This document shows positions 35,677 through 45,010 of a DNA stretch of 64,000 nucleotides, piece by piece. The DNA comes from Chloroflexota bacterium (lineage in GTDB: Bacteria; Chloroflexota; UBA11872). Each line of letters begins with the position of its first letter. Within the stretch, counting starts at the first letter, position 1. The notes under the pieces were generated by a model that had not been told where the DNA came from, made no database searches, and saw nothing but the letters and a program-made list of their open reading frames with translations. The DNA lies in assembly GCA_965207185.1 (NCBI GenBank), contig OZ242271.1, positions 3,197,086-3,261,085 of the forward strand, in the 5' to 3' direction. The translations under genes were made by a program, and so were the position numbers.

Positions 35677-36887
35677 GGTGTTGCTCTCGCCGCGGCTGGC
35701 GTACACGTACGCGCATAGGCGTTGCGGAGCTGCTGCCCAACCATCGAGGCGTCGTGCTCGGCCTTGACGTATATGAATCCCCCGGCGGCCGCCTGCTCAT
35801 AAGCCACCGGGTTCGTAAGCAAGGTCGTTACCGCGTTCACGAAGTCCACGGACCGGGCAGGCCGCCTGACGCCGATATCGTTATTCGCCGGCAGGCCGAC
35901 ATATCCCTGGGCACGGGCCACCACCGGCCGGCCAGCGGCCAGAGCCGACAGCACTTTATATGGCGCACCCGCGGCCACCGACGTGGGCGACACGGCGAGC
36001 CAGGCCCGTTGGTATTCCCGATCGATATCGTCCACGGTTCCGCCCAGCGTAGTTTGCACCGGCATGATCGAACGCAAATCGTCCGACTGCGGACCAACAA
36101 CGCGCAGCTCTGCGCTCGGCACCTCACGCGTGACGGCCGGCCAGACCTGACCAAAGAGCCATTCGGCCGCCAGGAGGTTTGGGCGGTAGGCAAAGTTTGC
36201 GGCAAACAGTACGCGCGGATGCCCGGTTCGGCCGTCAACGCCAGGAGGCGCCGCTCCCAGCCGAACGGGGTGAGGGAGGTACTCCGGCGCCGAGGCGCCC
36301 AGCGCTGCCAGACTTGCGCGGTCGTCAGGGGACGAGGCCAAAACCAAGTCAGCGGATCGTGCCACCCAGCCCTCGACCCGACGCAGCAACCCGGCCTGAC
36401 GGCGTGCCCAGAGGGAGCGTGGAAGGGTACCTGCCCGTGCCAATGATTCTTGCAGCACCCACTCGATATTGTGCGCGTCGTAGATGACGCGCGGTCGTCT
36501 GAACTGACGCGGCGTGACGGTCCAGACGTCGCGAATCATGGGAGCCAGTTGCACCTGCGCCACATGCACCGCCCCATACGCACCGCTGCTCAACAGTAGC
36601 TGGACACGCCCTCGCAGACTGCGGGATCCGTGACGAATGAGCAGATCTGGCACACCTCCACGCCAGCCGCCCAGCAGCCGCCGCCAGACCATTGGCGGCG
36701 CCGCGCGAATTTGGATGACACGATTGATGGACGAAGGCGCCTCAACCGGTGCCGCACCCGGCCGATCGAGTGTGACGAGGTCCACGGTGTGCTCAGCCGC
36801 CAGGGCTTCCAGCAACAGGCTGTTCCGCAGCGCCGCACCGTGGGTCGGTGGCCACGGCGGTGTCGAGGTAATCGCCAGGACCTTCAC
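35673..36887 (-). CDS. GT-B (family 4/group 1) glycosyltransferase
   Basis: MKVLAITSTPPWPPTHGAALR... N-terminus and a C-terminal GT1/GT4-like domain. Confidence 0.75.
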   Translation of the reverse strand: MKVLAITSTPPWPPTHGAALRNSLLLEALAAEHTVDLVTLDRPGAAPVEAPSSINRVIQIRAAPPMVWRRLLGGWRGGVPDLLIRHGSRSLRGRVQLLLSSGAYGAVHVAQVQLAPMIRDVWTVTPRQFRRPRVIYDAHNIEWVLQESLARAGTLPRSLWARRQAGLLRRVEGWVARSADLVLASSPDDRASLAALGASAPEYLPHPVRLGAAPPGVDGRTGHPRVLFAANFAYRPNLLAAEWLFGQVWPAVTREVPSAELRVVGPQSDDLRSIMPVQTTLGGTVDDIDREYQRAWLAVSPTSVAAGAPYKVLSALAAGRPVVARAQGYVGLPANNDIGVRRPARSVDFVNAVTTLLTNPVAYEQAAAGGFIYVKAEHDASMVGQQLRNAYARTCTPAAARATP

Positions 36888-37951
36888 GTGCAGGCCCTGT
36901 ACACCGCCAGCGTGTCACGCGCCGTTCGTTCCCAGCTGTATTCGCTCGCTCGGGCACGGCCCCCGGCACTCAGCCGGCCGCGCAGATCAGCATCGTCAGC
37001 CAGCCGATCGATGGCTCCGGTCAACCCGTCCGCATCGTTCGGGTCAATCAGCAGAGCGTCGTCGCCGACAAGCTCGGGCAGCGTGCCGGCCCGGGCCGCG
37101 ATCACGGGCGTTCCACATCCCATCGCTTCGAGTGCGGGAAGGCCGAATCCCTCATCATGCGAGGGCATGAGCACGAACTCGGCCTGCGCAAACAGTCGCG
37201 CCAGGGTTGCATCGGCCACCCGTCCAAGAAACCGCACCGTGCTCGTTCCCTGCTCGGCCCGGACGGCTCGGATGATGGCCGACCCGCGGTAGCCGATCGA
37301 CCCGACAATCAGCAGGGATCCCTGGCGAGCGAAGCGAGAGGCGCCAAACGCACGCGCCGCCAGCCCGATATTCTTGCGCGGCTGGATGGTTCCAACCATC
37401 AATGCGAAGGGCGCAGGCCATTCCCGGCGCTGGCGCCCAGCCGTGACCGCCGGTAGCCCGGACGCATACGGAACGACCGTCACACAATCCGCCGAAACCA
37501 GGTCGCGTCCCACCAGCGCCGACCGCATGTGCTTGGACGGGACGATAATCCTTCTCGCCCGACGCAGCGTCCCAATCGAGGCCGCATAGTGCCGACGGCT
37601 GGCTGCCGAATGTGTCTCAGGCTGAGTGAGAAACGAAATGTCGTGCACGGTCACAATCGCGGGCCGATTGACGCCGTGCGGTATCCCGTGGTCGGGAAAG
37701 TGCACCAGGTCGGCGCCGCGCAGGGCCCGCGGCAGAAACGCGCGTTCCAGCCGGTTGCGGGCAGGAACCGCCACCGGGCGCGCGCGGAGCGACGGGTGGC
37801 CGGGAAGTCCGCCGCGTCGATCCACGAGTAGCTCCAGGTCGATGCCCGTGTGCGGAAGCTTGGCCAGGGCCTCTTGCAGACGCCAGATGTAGCGCCCGAT
37901 CCCTGCCTGGTCGTGTCGAAGCATTCGCCCGTCCAGCGTTACGCAGGTCAT
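36884..37951 (-). CDS. GT-B (family 4/group 1) glycosyltransferase
   Basis: C-terminal ...LMPSHDEGFGLPALEAMGCGTPVIAARAGTLPELVGD... (E-x7-E GT4 motif). Confidence 0.8.
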   Translation of the reverse strand: MTCVTLDGRMLRHDQAGIGRYIWRLQEALAKLPHTGIDLELLVDRRGGLPGHPSLRARPVAVPARNRLERAFLPRALRGADLVHFPDHGIPHGVNRPAIVTVHDISFLTQPETHSAASRRHYAASIGTLRRARRIIVPSKHMRSALVGRDLVSADCVTVVPYASGLPAVTAGRQRREWPAPFALMVGTIQPRKNIGLAARAFGASRFARQGSLLIVGSIGYRGSAIIRAVRAEQGTSTVRFLGRVADATLARLFAQAEFVLMPSHDEGFGLPALEAMGCGTPVIAARAGTLPELVGDDALLIDPNDADGLTGAIDRLADDADLRGRLSAGGRARASEYSWERTARDTLAVYRACT

Positions 37952-39333
37952 GGCTGTTCACACGCCCCTTGGGCAACTCGCGTGACGATCAACCCAACCA
38001 GCGCCCCAAGCAGGTAGACGAGGTGCGGAAAGCTCGCGATGTGATGGTCGAACAGTCCCGCGGTGGCGAACGCCACCAGCGAAGCCAGCAACGGCCGGAC
38101 CTCCGGATCGGCGGCCGACGACCTGATGGCTGCCCACGTCGTGACGCCAATCAGGGTCAGATGCGTCAGCGCGGCGCCGACGCCCGCGCGCTCGGCCAGC
38201 CAGAGCCAGGCATTTGAAACCCCGGCAAAAATATCCGGATGCGGCGCGTCGCCATATCCCACGCCCAGGAGCGGAAATCGGCTGATGACGCGGGACGCCT
38301 CGCGAATCTCGTCAAGTCGCAGCGCCGCGGAACGGTCGCCGCCCAGAAAGCCTTGGCGAATTCGTTCAAATGGCTCCAGTGGCGCGGCCACGACCGCGGC
38401 GCCCAGCACGGCCGCTGCCGCCGCCGCCAGACGCGGTCGGACCAGCGCCAGCCACACCAGCAGACCGGCGGCGGCGGCAATCCAACTCGCGCGCGAAATC
38501 GTCAACGCCAGGGCCACACCAATCAGCGCTGCGGCGGCTAATCCCAGCGCGGAGCGCCGTCGGCCGCCGCCAAGCCACGCCAACCCAAACGGCAGCGCCG
38601 CCGCCAGGGTGACGCCCAGGACGTTGGGATCGACCAACAGCCCTGTCGCTCGCACCGTCACTTGGTCCGGCAAGAAACGCGCCACGCCCGTAGTCGGGTA
38701 TCCGGCCGTTCCGAGCGACTCAAGCAACCGGATTCCCTTCGCCCCCACCACGTGCAGACCGATGGCGACAACGGCTTGGCAGGCGGCTGCGACGGCGACG
38801 AAGGAACCAACGGTCCGCAGCGAGCGCGGTCCCAGACCCGACATCCTCACCATCAGCGGCGCCAAGCCGTAAAGCGACATCTTCACCGCTAGTTGCCCCG
38901 CCTGGACGTCGCTTGACGCTCCGTGTGCCGCGACGCCGGCGGCCAACGGCAGCGCCGCCCCCAGAGCTACCACGCCCACGAACCATCGGGGGGGCACTTC
39001 CCATCCGCCGATTGCCGCGGGCCGGCTCCGGATCGCTCGCACTGCAATCCCTGCGAACGTCGCCGCCACGATGACGTCGAGAACCGGCGGCTGCACGCCG
39101 AACCGCTGGGGAACCACCAGGAAAGGCGCCAACAGAGCCACGCCCAGTGCCGTCACAAGGCCGGCCGCCGGCCGCATGAGACCAAGCCCGGCCCCCAGGA
39201 CGGCAACGCCACCGGCCAGCGCCGCCGGCGGCGGCCTGGCCCCACCAAGCACGCCGGCTAGGATCGCGGCCAAAGCCAGCGCCGAGAGAATCGTCAGCCG
39301 CGTGCCTGCGCTGGGCAGCCTGGCCGCAGTCAC
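37948..39333 (-). CDS. O-antigen ligase/polymerase-like (Wzy_C family) polytopic membrane protein
   Basis: 461 aa, roughly 10-12 predicted TM helices, large periplasmic-loop region ...ALTISRASWIAAAAGLLVWLAL... typical of the Wzy/WaaL family. Confidence 0.65.
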   Translation of the reverse strand: MTAARLPSAGTRLTILSALALAAILAGVLGGARPPPAALAGGVAVLGAGLGLMRPAAGLVTALGVALLAPFLVVPQRFGVQPPVLDVIVAATFAGIAVRAIRSRPAAIGGWEVPPRWFVGVVALGAALPLAAGVAAHGASSDVQAGQLAVKMSLYGLAPLMVRMSGLGPRSLRTVGSFVAVAAACQAVVAIGLHVVGAKGIRLLESLGTAGYPTTGVARFLPDQVTVRATGLLVDPNVLGVTLAAALPFGLAWLGGGRRRSALGLAAAALIGVALALTISRASWIAAAAGLLVWLALVRPRLAAAAAAVLGAAVVAAPLEPFERIRQGFLGGDRSAALRLDEIREASRVISRFPLLGVGYGDAPHPDIFAGVSNAWLWLAERAGVGAALTHLTLIGVTTWAAIRSSAADPEVRPLLASLVAFATAGLFDHHIASFPHLVYLLGALVGLIVTRVAQGACEQP

Positions 39334-39363
39334 CGCATGAACACGTACGGACTCGGGTGTTCT

Positions 39364-39738
39364 CTACCCGTCGTCCGTGTTGGCGTCGCCGGTGCTCGCG
39401 GCCGTCTCCCGTGCCTTCCAAGCTTCGTAAGCGGCCTGATCGACAAGCTCGCCGCCCTCGATGGTGTAGTCACCGGTATAGGCCCGGCCCGTATCGAACA
39501 CCAGGTACAGGTGGATCGTTCGAAAGCTCTTGGCTCCAATGATGTCCTTGTTCGTCGTGTAGTGCGACGCCCCATCGCCTTGCCCGTCAAACTCCGGCGA
39601 GAGGTCGGCGTTCGGGTCCACGCGAACGTCGATGATCTCGTCCGCGTACTTGCTCTTGACGTAGAAATGCCACGCGGTGTCAACAGGTTCCTTCGACCCG
39701 CCGTCGCCGCCGCCGAAGATTCGTCGAAAAAAACCCAT
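39364..39738 (-). CDS. hypothetical protein (124 aa, soluble, acidic; no family recognised)
   Basis: ORF with host-like codon usage embedded between Wzy-like and GT2 genes: MGFFRRIFGGGDGGSKEPVDTAWHFYVKSKYADEIIDVRVDPNADLSPEFDGQGDGASHYTTNKDIIGAKSFRTIHLYLVFDTGRAYTGDYTIEGGELVDQAAYEAWKARE... Confidence 0.5.
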   Translation of the reverse strand: MGFFRRIFGGGDGGSKEPVDTAWHFYVKSKYADEIIDVRVDPNADLSPEFDGQGDGASHYTTNKDIIGAKSFRTIHLYLVFDTGRAYTGDYTIEGGELVDQAAYEAWKARETAASTGDANTDDG

Positions 39739-39756
39739 CGTCGTCCTCCACCTGCG

Positions 39757-40704
39757 TCAACGCTCGAGTAAGGCGTCTATATAAGCGTCCGCCACGCGGC
39801 GTGAACGCTGGCGGCGCGCCCGCTTGCTCCAGGCCCGGGGCAGATGCGCAATCGACGCCAACTGGCCCGCCAGCGTGGCGCGCGCCGCTCGTCCCTGAAT
39901 CGCGCGCAGCGCCGCAACCATCAGTTTAAGCTGCGCCCAGGCAATCCGCCACAAAAACCCGGGCATATTCATCACCGCAACCAGCGGCCGGTTACGCGCC
40001 ACCAGGTAACTGGCGATCGGCCCGCCCGCCGTGGCGCTCAAACGGTGACGCACGACGGCGTCCGGCACGTAGCGACAACGATGCCCCGCCATCTGGGCTC
40101 GCCAGTCAAGATCGATGTCTTCGCAGTACATCACCAGGTCTTCATCAAAGACGCCAACGTCGTCGAATAACTGGCGCCGATAGGCCGACGCGGCCGCGCA
40201 GGCGCCAAATACCTCGCATGGCTCCCGATAGATCGGTCCATCCGGCTGCCAAACCCCGCGATTGGCCGGCAGCCCGTTGCGACTGAACGTGTCGCCGGCC
40301 GCGTGCAGGCGCGACGGATCGTCGTACAGCAGGATTCGGGAGGCGAGGAAGCTGGCGTCGGGCGTTGTCGAGAACGCCCGGTCCAACGCCGCCAGCCATC
40401 CCGGCTCCGGCACGGCGTCGCTGTTGAGCAGCGCGATGAACTTTCCGCGAGTAACCGCGATGCCTCGATTGAGCGCGGCTGCAAGTCCGCGCTGACACGG
40501 AATCTCCACGACCCGATCGCCAGGCCGCTGCGCGCGCATCCAGGCCACCGTGTCGTCGTCGGAACCATCGTCCACCACCACTTCAAAGTCGCGCAGCAGC
40601 TGCCCGTCCAGCCCGTCCAGCGCCTCTTCCAGCAGATGCCGCCCATTCCAGGTCGGGATCAGGACCGACCAGCGCGGTGCGTCCGTGTCCCCACCGGCCG
40701 TCAC
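39757..40704 (-). CDS. family 2 glycosyltransferase (rhamnosyltransferase-like)
   Basis: WSVLIPTWNG...VVVDDGSDDDT...SDAVPEPGWL... GT2 signature. Confidence 0.8.
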   Translation of the reverse strand: MTAGGDTDAPRWSVLIPTWNGRHLLEEALDGLDGQLLRDFEVVVDDGSDDDTVAWMRAQRPGDRVVEIPCQRGLAAALNRGIAVTRGKFIALLNSDAVPEPGWLAALDRAFSTTPDASFLASRILLYDDPSRLHAAGDTFSRNGLPANRGVWQPDGPIYREPCEVFGACAAASAYRRQLFDDVGVFDEDLVMYCEDIDLDWRAQMAGHRCRYVPDAVVRHRLSATAGGPIASYLVARNRPLVAVMNMPGFLWRIAWAQLKLMVAALRAIQGRAARATLAGQLASIAHLPRAWSKRARRQRSRRVADAYIDALLER

Positions 40705-41550
40705 CTAGGCGGCAATCTCTCGGATATGAGCCGACAGCGCCTCGCCCCAGGGCCGTAGTGTCACGCCAATGGCGCGTGCGGTTTCGTTTGCGAGTTCGGC
40801 GTTCGCCGGCACCGCCGCTGTGCGCGGAAACTCGCTGGCGCTGATCTCCTCCAGCGCGACGTCCCTGCGGTCCAGCCCGGTCAGAAAAGCGGCCGCCCAG
40901 CCGTACCAGCTGGTCGCGCCTTCGTTAACCAGGTGGTGCACGCCAAACGCTTCGGTCTCCGTCAATTCCAGAATCGCTCTGGCCAGGTCGCCGGCGTTCG
41001 TTGGATTGGCCACCTGGTCGCCCACGTAGCGCAGCGGGCCGTCAGCCGCATCCACCTGCACGAGACGACTCAGAAAATTTCGGCCCCAACGACTGTACAG
41101 CCAGCTGGTGCGGACAACGTAGAGCCGCTCCAGCACTTGGCGCGCAGCCCGCTCGCCGTGCAACTTCGTCCAGCCGTAGGCGCTCAGTGGCGCCGGGTCG
41201 TCGTATTCCAGATAGGGACCGAGCTTCCGACCGTCAAAGACGTAGTTGGTGCTTACGTACACCATCTGCGCGCCCGCGCGCTCGACGGCCCGTGCCACGT
41301 TCCACGTCCCCACGGCGTTTACCCGATAAGCCTCCGCCCGGTCGCGCTCGCAGCCGTCGACGTTCGTCGCAGCCGCCGTGTGGATGACCAGACGCGGTGA
41401 GATCTCACCCAGCGTTCGCTCGACCAGCGATGCGTTCGTTATGTCGAGTTGCGAGCGGTTCAACGTCACGGCCGTCTGCTCGTCCAGCCGTCGTGTCAAT
41501 TCAATGCCCAGTTGACCGCCGGCGCCTGTCACCACCGTGGCCCCGCTCAC
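40705..41550 (-). CDS. rfbD: dTDP-4-dehydrorhamnose reductase
   Basis: 281 aa: VVTGAGGQLG...VIHTAAATNVDGCE....AY.VNA.G..N.A.A......VYVSTNYVFDG...PY.E.D...PLSAYG.TK (RmlD Rossmann/YxxxK). Confidence 0.85.
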   Translation of the reverse strand: MSGATVVTGAGGQLGIELTRRLDEQTAVTLNRSQLDITNASLVERTLGEISPRLVIHTAAATNVDGCERDRAEAYRVNAVGTWNVARAVERAGAQMVYVSTNYVFDGRKLGPYLEYDDPAPLSAYGWTKLHGERAARQVLERLYVVRTSWLYSRWGRNFLSRLVQVDAADGPLRYVGDQVANPTNAGDLARAILELTETEAFGVHHLVNEGATSWYGWAAAFLTGLDRRDVALEEISASEFPRTAAVPANAELANETARAIGVTLRPWGEALSAHIREIAA

Positions 41551-41551
41551 C

Positions 41552-41830
41552 CTACGACTCCGAATCGTCGGGACCCGACTCGGCGTACATCAGCCCTACC
41601 GCAAACGCCGCCGTCACCACCGCCACCGCCACGAGTCCCGCGTATTGCACGACGCCCAAGGCACGCCCGGCCGAAATCATGAAGACCAGGGCCGTCAGAA
41701 CGGCCGCCAACACAAGAAACGCCATCACGGCGGGGCGGCGGAGAAGTGTCAATCGGGAGCGCAGAAAGTTACCGTCCAGGCTGCGTATCCGGTGCGCATA
41801 CCCCGGAGGGCTATCATACCAGCGTGGCAC
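41552..41830 (-). CDS. small hypothetical membrane protein (2 TM); start uncertain
   Basis: 92-aa ORF with two hydrophobic helices (MAFLVLAAVLTALVFMISA...; LVAVAVVTAAFAVGLMY). Its stop is 1 nt before the rfbD start. The start may be internal (M36). Confidence 0.45.
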   Translation of the reverse strand: MPRWYDSPPGYAHRIRSLDGNFLRSRLTLLRRPAVMAFLVLAAVLTALVFMISAGRALGVVQYAGLVAVAVVTAAFAVGLMYAESGPDDSES

Positions 41831-41868
41831 TTCGGCCCTCGGCCGCTACCTAAGGCTCCATTCACTCG

Positions 41869-43206
41869 ATGCCGCCGACACTGCTCCCCGCCCACCGTGT
41901 GTTCATCTGGACCATCGGCTGCCAGATGAACCGCGCCGACGGTGAACGGATTCAGCGCGAACTCCAGCGCGCCGGCCACGCATCCGCCGATACCCTGGCC
42001 GAGGCCACCGCGGTCGTCGTCAACGGCTGCGCCGTGCGGGATAACGCCGACCGCAAGGTCTGGGGCATGCTCGGCATGATCAAGGGTCTCAAGAAAACCA
42101 AGCCCCATCTCGTCGTCGGCCTCACCGGCTGCACCGTGCACGCCGACGAAGCCGAACTGGCGCCTCACCTCGATCCCGTGGACGTGCTGTTCGACACCCT
42201 CAACGCCGAGCCCCTGCTTGCCAGGCTGGCCCGCTCGGCCCCGGCCGACGCGCCTGCCTACGAGGACGTCGAAGCCCAACCCGCGCCCGGCGCCGGAGCC
42301 GTCTCCCGTTTCGTCAATGTCATCTATGGTTGCGACAAGCGCTGCACCTACTGCATCGTTCCCTTCCGACGCGGCGCCCAGCGCAGCCGGCCCCTGGATG
42401 AAATCCTTGACGAGGTCCGCCGCTTCCGCGACGAGGGTGCGCGCGAGATTGTCCTGCTCGGCCAGATCGTCAACGCCTACGGGTTCGATCTGGACGGGAC
42501 CGGACTGCCGGATGTGCTCCACGCCGTGGACGCCGTGGACGGCATTGAGCGAATTCGCTTCACCACCGCCCACCCCCGCTATATGACCCGGGCGCTGGCG
42601 GAGGCAATGCGCGACATTCCAGGCGTGTGCGAAGAAATCAACCTTCCGGTGCAGTCGGGAGACGACTGGGTTCTCAAGCGCATGGCGCGCGGCTACAGCT
42701 CGGGTTTCTATCGCGACACGATCGACATGCTGCGCGCCACCGTGCCGGGGGTGGCCCTGACCACCGACATCATCGTGGGCTTCTGCGGCGAGCTGGAGGA
42801 ACACTTCCGAAACTCCCTGCGGTTGGTGCGCGACCTGCGCTTCGATCAGGTCCACGTCGCCGCCTTTTCGCCTCGCCGGGGTACCGTCGCCGCCGAGTGG
42901 TCCGACGACGTACCGCAGGCCGAGAAGCTACGCCGCCTCCATCGCATCGAGCGTGAACAGACCGTCATCGCCGAAGACATCAACCGCGCCTACCTCGGCC
43001 AACAGCCCGAGGTCTTGTTCGAAGAGCTCACCCCGGGCAAGGGGGAGCGGAACGAGCCGCGCTGGCGCGGCCGCACGCGGACGAACAAGCTGGTCTTCAC
43101 CCCGGATCATTCCCGCCTGGTTCCCGGTGCTACGCATGCAGTCCGGATCACGGCGGCCACGCCATGGTCGCTCCGGGGCGCGGTCCCCCCCGGCGCCACT
43201 GTCTGA
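41869..43206 (+). CDS. miaB: tRNA-2-methylthio-N6-dimethylallyladenosine synthase (MiaB-type radical SAM methylthiotransferase)
   Basis: 445 aa: N-terminal MTTase domain RVFIWTIGCQMN, radical-SAM CTYCIVPFRRG, C-terminal TRAM domain. Confidence 0.85.
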   Translation: MPPTLLPAHRVFIWTIGCQMNRADGERIQRELQRAGHASADTLAEATAVVVNGCAVRDNADRKVWGMLGMIKGLKKTKPHLVVGLTGCTVHADEAELAPHLDPVDVLFDTLNAEPLLARLARSAPADAPAYEDVEAQPAPGAGAVSRFVNVIYGCDKRCTYCIVPFRRGAQRSRPLDEILDEVRRFRDEGAREIVLLGQIVNAYGFDLDGTGLPDVLHAVDAVDGIERIRFTTAHPRYMTRALAEAMRDIPGVCEEINLPVQSGDDWVLKRMARGYSSGFYRDTIDMLRATVPGVALTTDIIVGFCGELEEHFRNSLRLVRDLRFDQVHVAAFSPRRGTVAAEWSDDVPQAEKLRRLHRIEREQTVIAEDINRAYLGQQPEVLFEELTPGKGERNEPRWRGRTRTNKLVFTPDHSRLVPGATHAVRITAATPWSLRGAVPPGATV

Positions 43207-43212
43207 CGGCCG

Positions 43213-45010
43213 GGTGCGCCCACGGCAGCGGCGCGGCAGGTCGCGCCGCGCCTTCTTGGCCGCTTCCGCTGCGGCCCTTCTAACGACGGCCTGCGGTGAG
43301 GCCGCCCCCTCGTCGGTCAGCTTGTCGGCGCGACCCTACTGGGAACCCGCGCTCACGGTCGCCACCGACTCGCTCGACGTGGTGCGCACGCTGGAACTCA
43401 ACATCCGCGAACTTGGAGCGGGCTCCCAGACGCCCGAGCAGTTCGCGGCCGCCGCGCAGGCTCGATTCGAGGCCATCGGCGCCCTGGGACAGGTCCTCGT
43501 CCCGCTCAGCCCGCCCCCGTCCGCCGCCACGGCTCACCAGCATCTCACCACCGCCGTCGACACCCTGGTCGAGATCATCCCCACGCTGCGCGCCTACCAA
43601 GAACTCGAGGAACCCGAGCGACTCGTCCACGTCATTACCCTGCAGAGGCGCGCGCGAACCGCCATCCGCGCCTTCGCCGAAGTCATTGGGCCCGGCCGGA
43701 CGAAGAACTGGCTGCTCGAGACGATCGCCGACCTGGGCGAGTTTCAGTTAGACGTCGTCCGGGTCCCCATGCTGGCCGTGTTGGTTGGGCCGTTCGACGA
43801 CGAGACCGAAGCGCGCGCCCGAATTGGGCGGAGCCTCCCTTCCCTTCGCATGTCCCGCGTCTTCCGGCGTTGGGTTGAGGCGGGTCGCTACCCCACCGCG
43901 CACGAAGCCGACTCCGCCGCCCGTGAATGGCAGCTCGACGGATTCGCGACCCGAATTGAAGACGTCGTCGATCTCGCCTTCACGCTCACCGACGTCCGAT
44001 CCCCCGCAGCCGGTCGATGGACCGAACGCGCCTGGCTGGCTCGTACCGATTTCGACATCACCGCTCTCGCAGCCTCCGACCAGGCCGAACTCGTGGTCGC
44101 CATCGCACGCGACGGCGCCGTCGCGGCGTTTGGCCCCGGCGGCAACGCCCGCTGGACGCGCAATCTCAGCATCCCGCTGTCGCGCGCGGCCGTGTCGAGC
44201 AACGGCGAACTCATGGCTGCCCACGGCTTCGATCTGCTGCTGCTCGATTCCGACGGCCAGCCGATCTGGCACTCGCCCGCGCGCCCCGACAACCAACTCC
44301 TCGAAGACGTGGTCTTCGCGCCTGACGGCGAATGGCTGGTCGCGCGCTCCACGAATGCCAGCGGCGTCGGGCACGTCTTTGCCTTCGGTCGATCCGGCCA
44401 GCTCTGGGGACCCACCAAGGCGTACATCAGTGCCACCGATGTGGCCCTCAATCCTGAAACCGCTACCGTGGCCGTCGCTTCATCCCACCGAGCGGAAAAC
44501 CACGTCGTTCTGATCACGCCCGACGGCAATCTGGACCAGCGCTTCGGCGTCGATGGCCAGGTGCACCACGTGCTGTTTACGCAGACCGGCGAACACACCG
44601 TGGCCGTTACCGACCGCAGTTCGCAGATCTTTGACAGCGTGCATGGCGACCTCGTGTGGCAAATCGGCTATCCCTCGTCCGCCGCGGCTCGCATGCCCGT
44701 GGCCGACGCCATCGTGCTGGCCGGTCCGAACGGGCTGGCGGCGTTTAGCGTGACTGGGACTCAGCTGTGGCAAGTACCCGGGCTCGCGGTCGATCGACTG
44801 CTCGTTACCGACGCGTACGTGATCGCGCAGACCTCGGAACGCGCGCTTACCGTAATTCGTGCCGATGGAACGCAGCTCGGGCAGCTCGTGACCTCGTCCG
44901 AGATTCGCACCGTCGCCGCCGCGCCGGGCGCCAACCTCCTGCTGACGGCCAACGCCGAACGCACCATCGAAGCCTGGCAGCTGCCCGATGTCGAGCCGGC
45001 CGCCGGCTAG
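43213..45010 (+). CDS. hypothetical lipoprotein with C-terminal PQQ-like/beta-propeller repeats (GTG start)
   Basis: The ORF frame is open from 42953 inside miaB. The first plausible start after the miaB stop is GTG 43213, giving MRPRQRRGRSRRAFLAASAAALLTTACGE (twin-Arg signal plus LTTAC lipobox). The C-terminal half shows repeated ...DG..W.......... strands typical of BamB/PQQ propellers. Confidence 0.55.

Noticed and set aside
41749-42855. 368-aa minus-strand ORF
   Set aside because: Entirely antisense to the well-supported miaB CDS; composition is biased (H/G/A/V-rich) and there is no recognisable domain.
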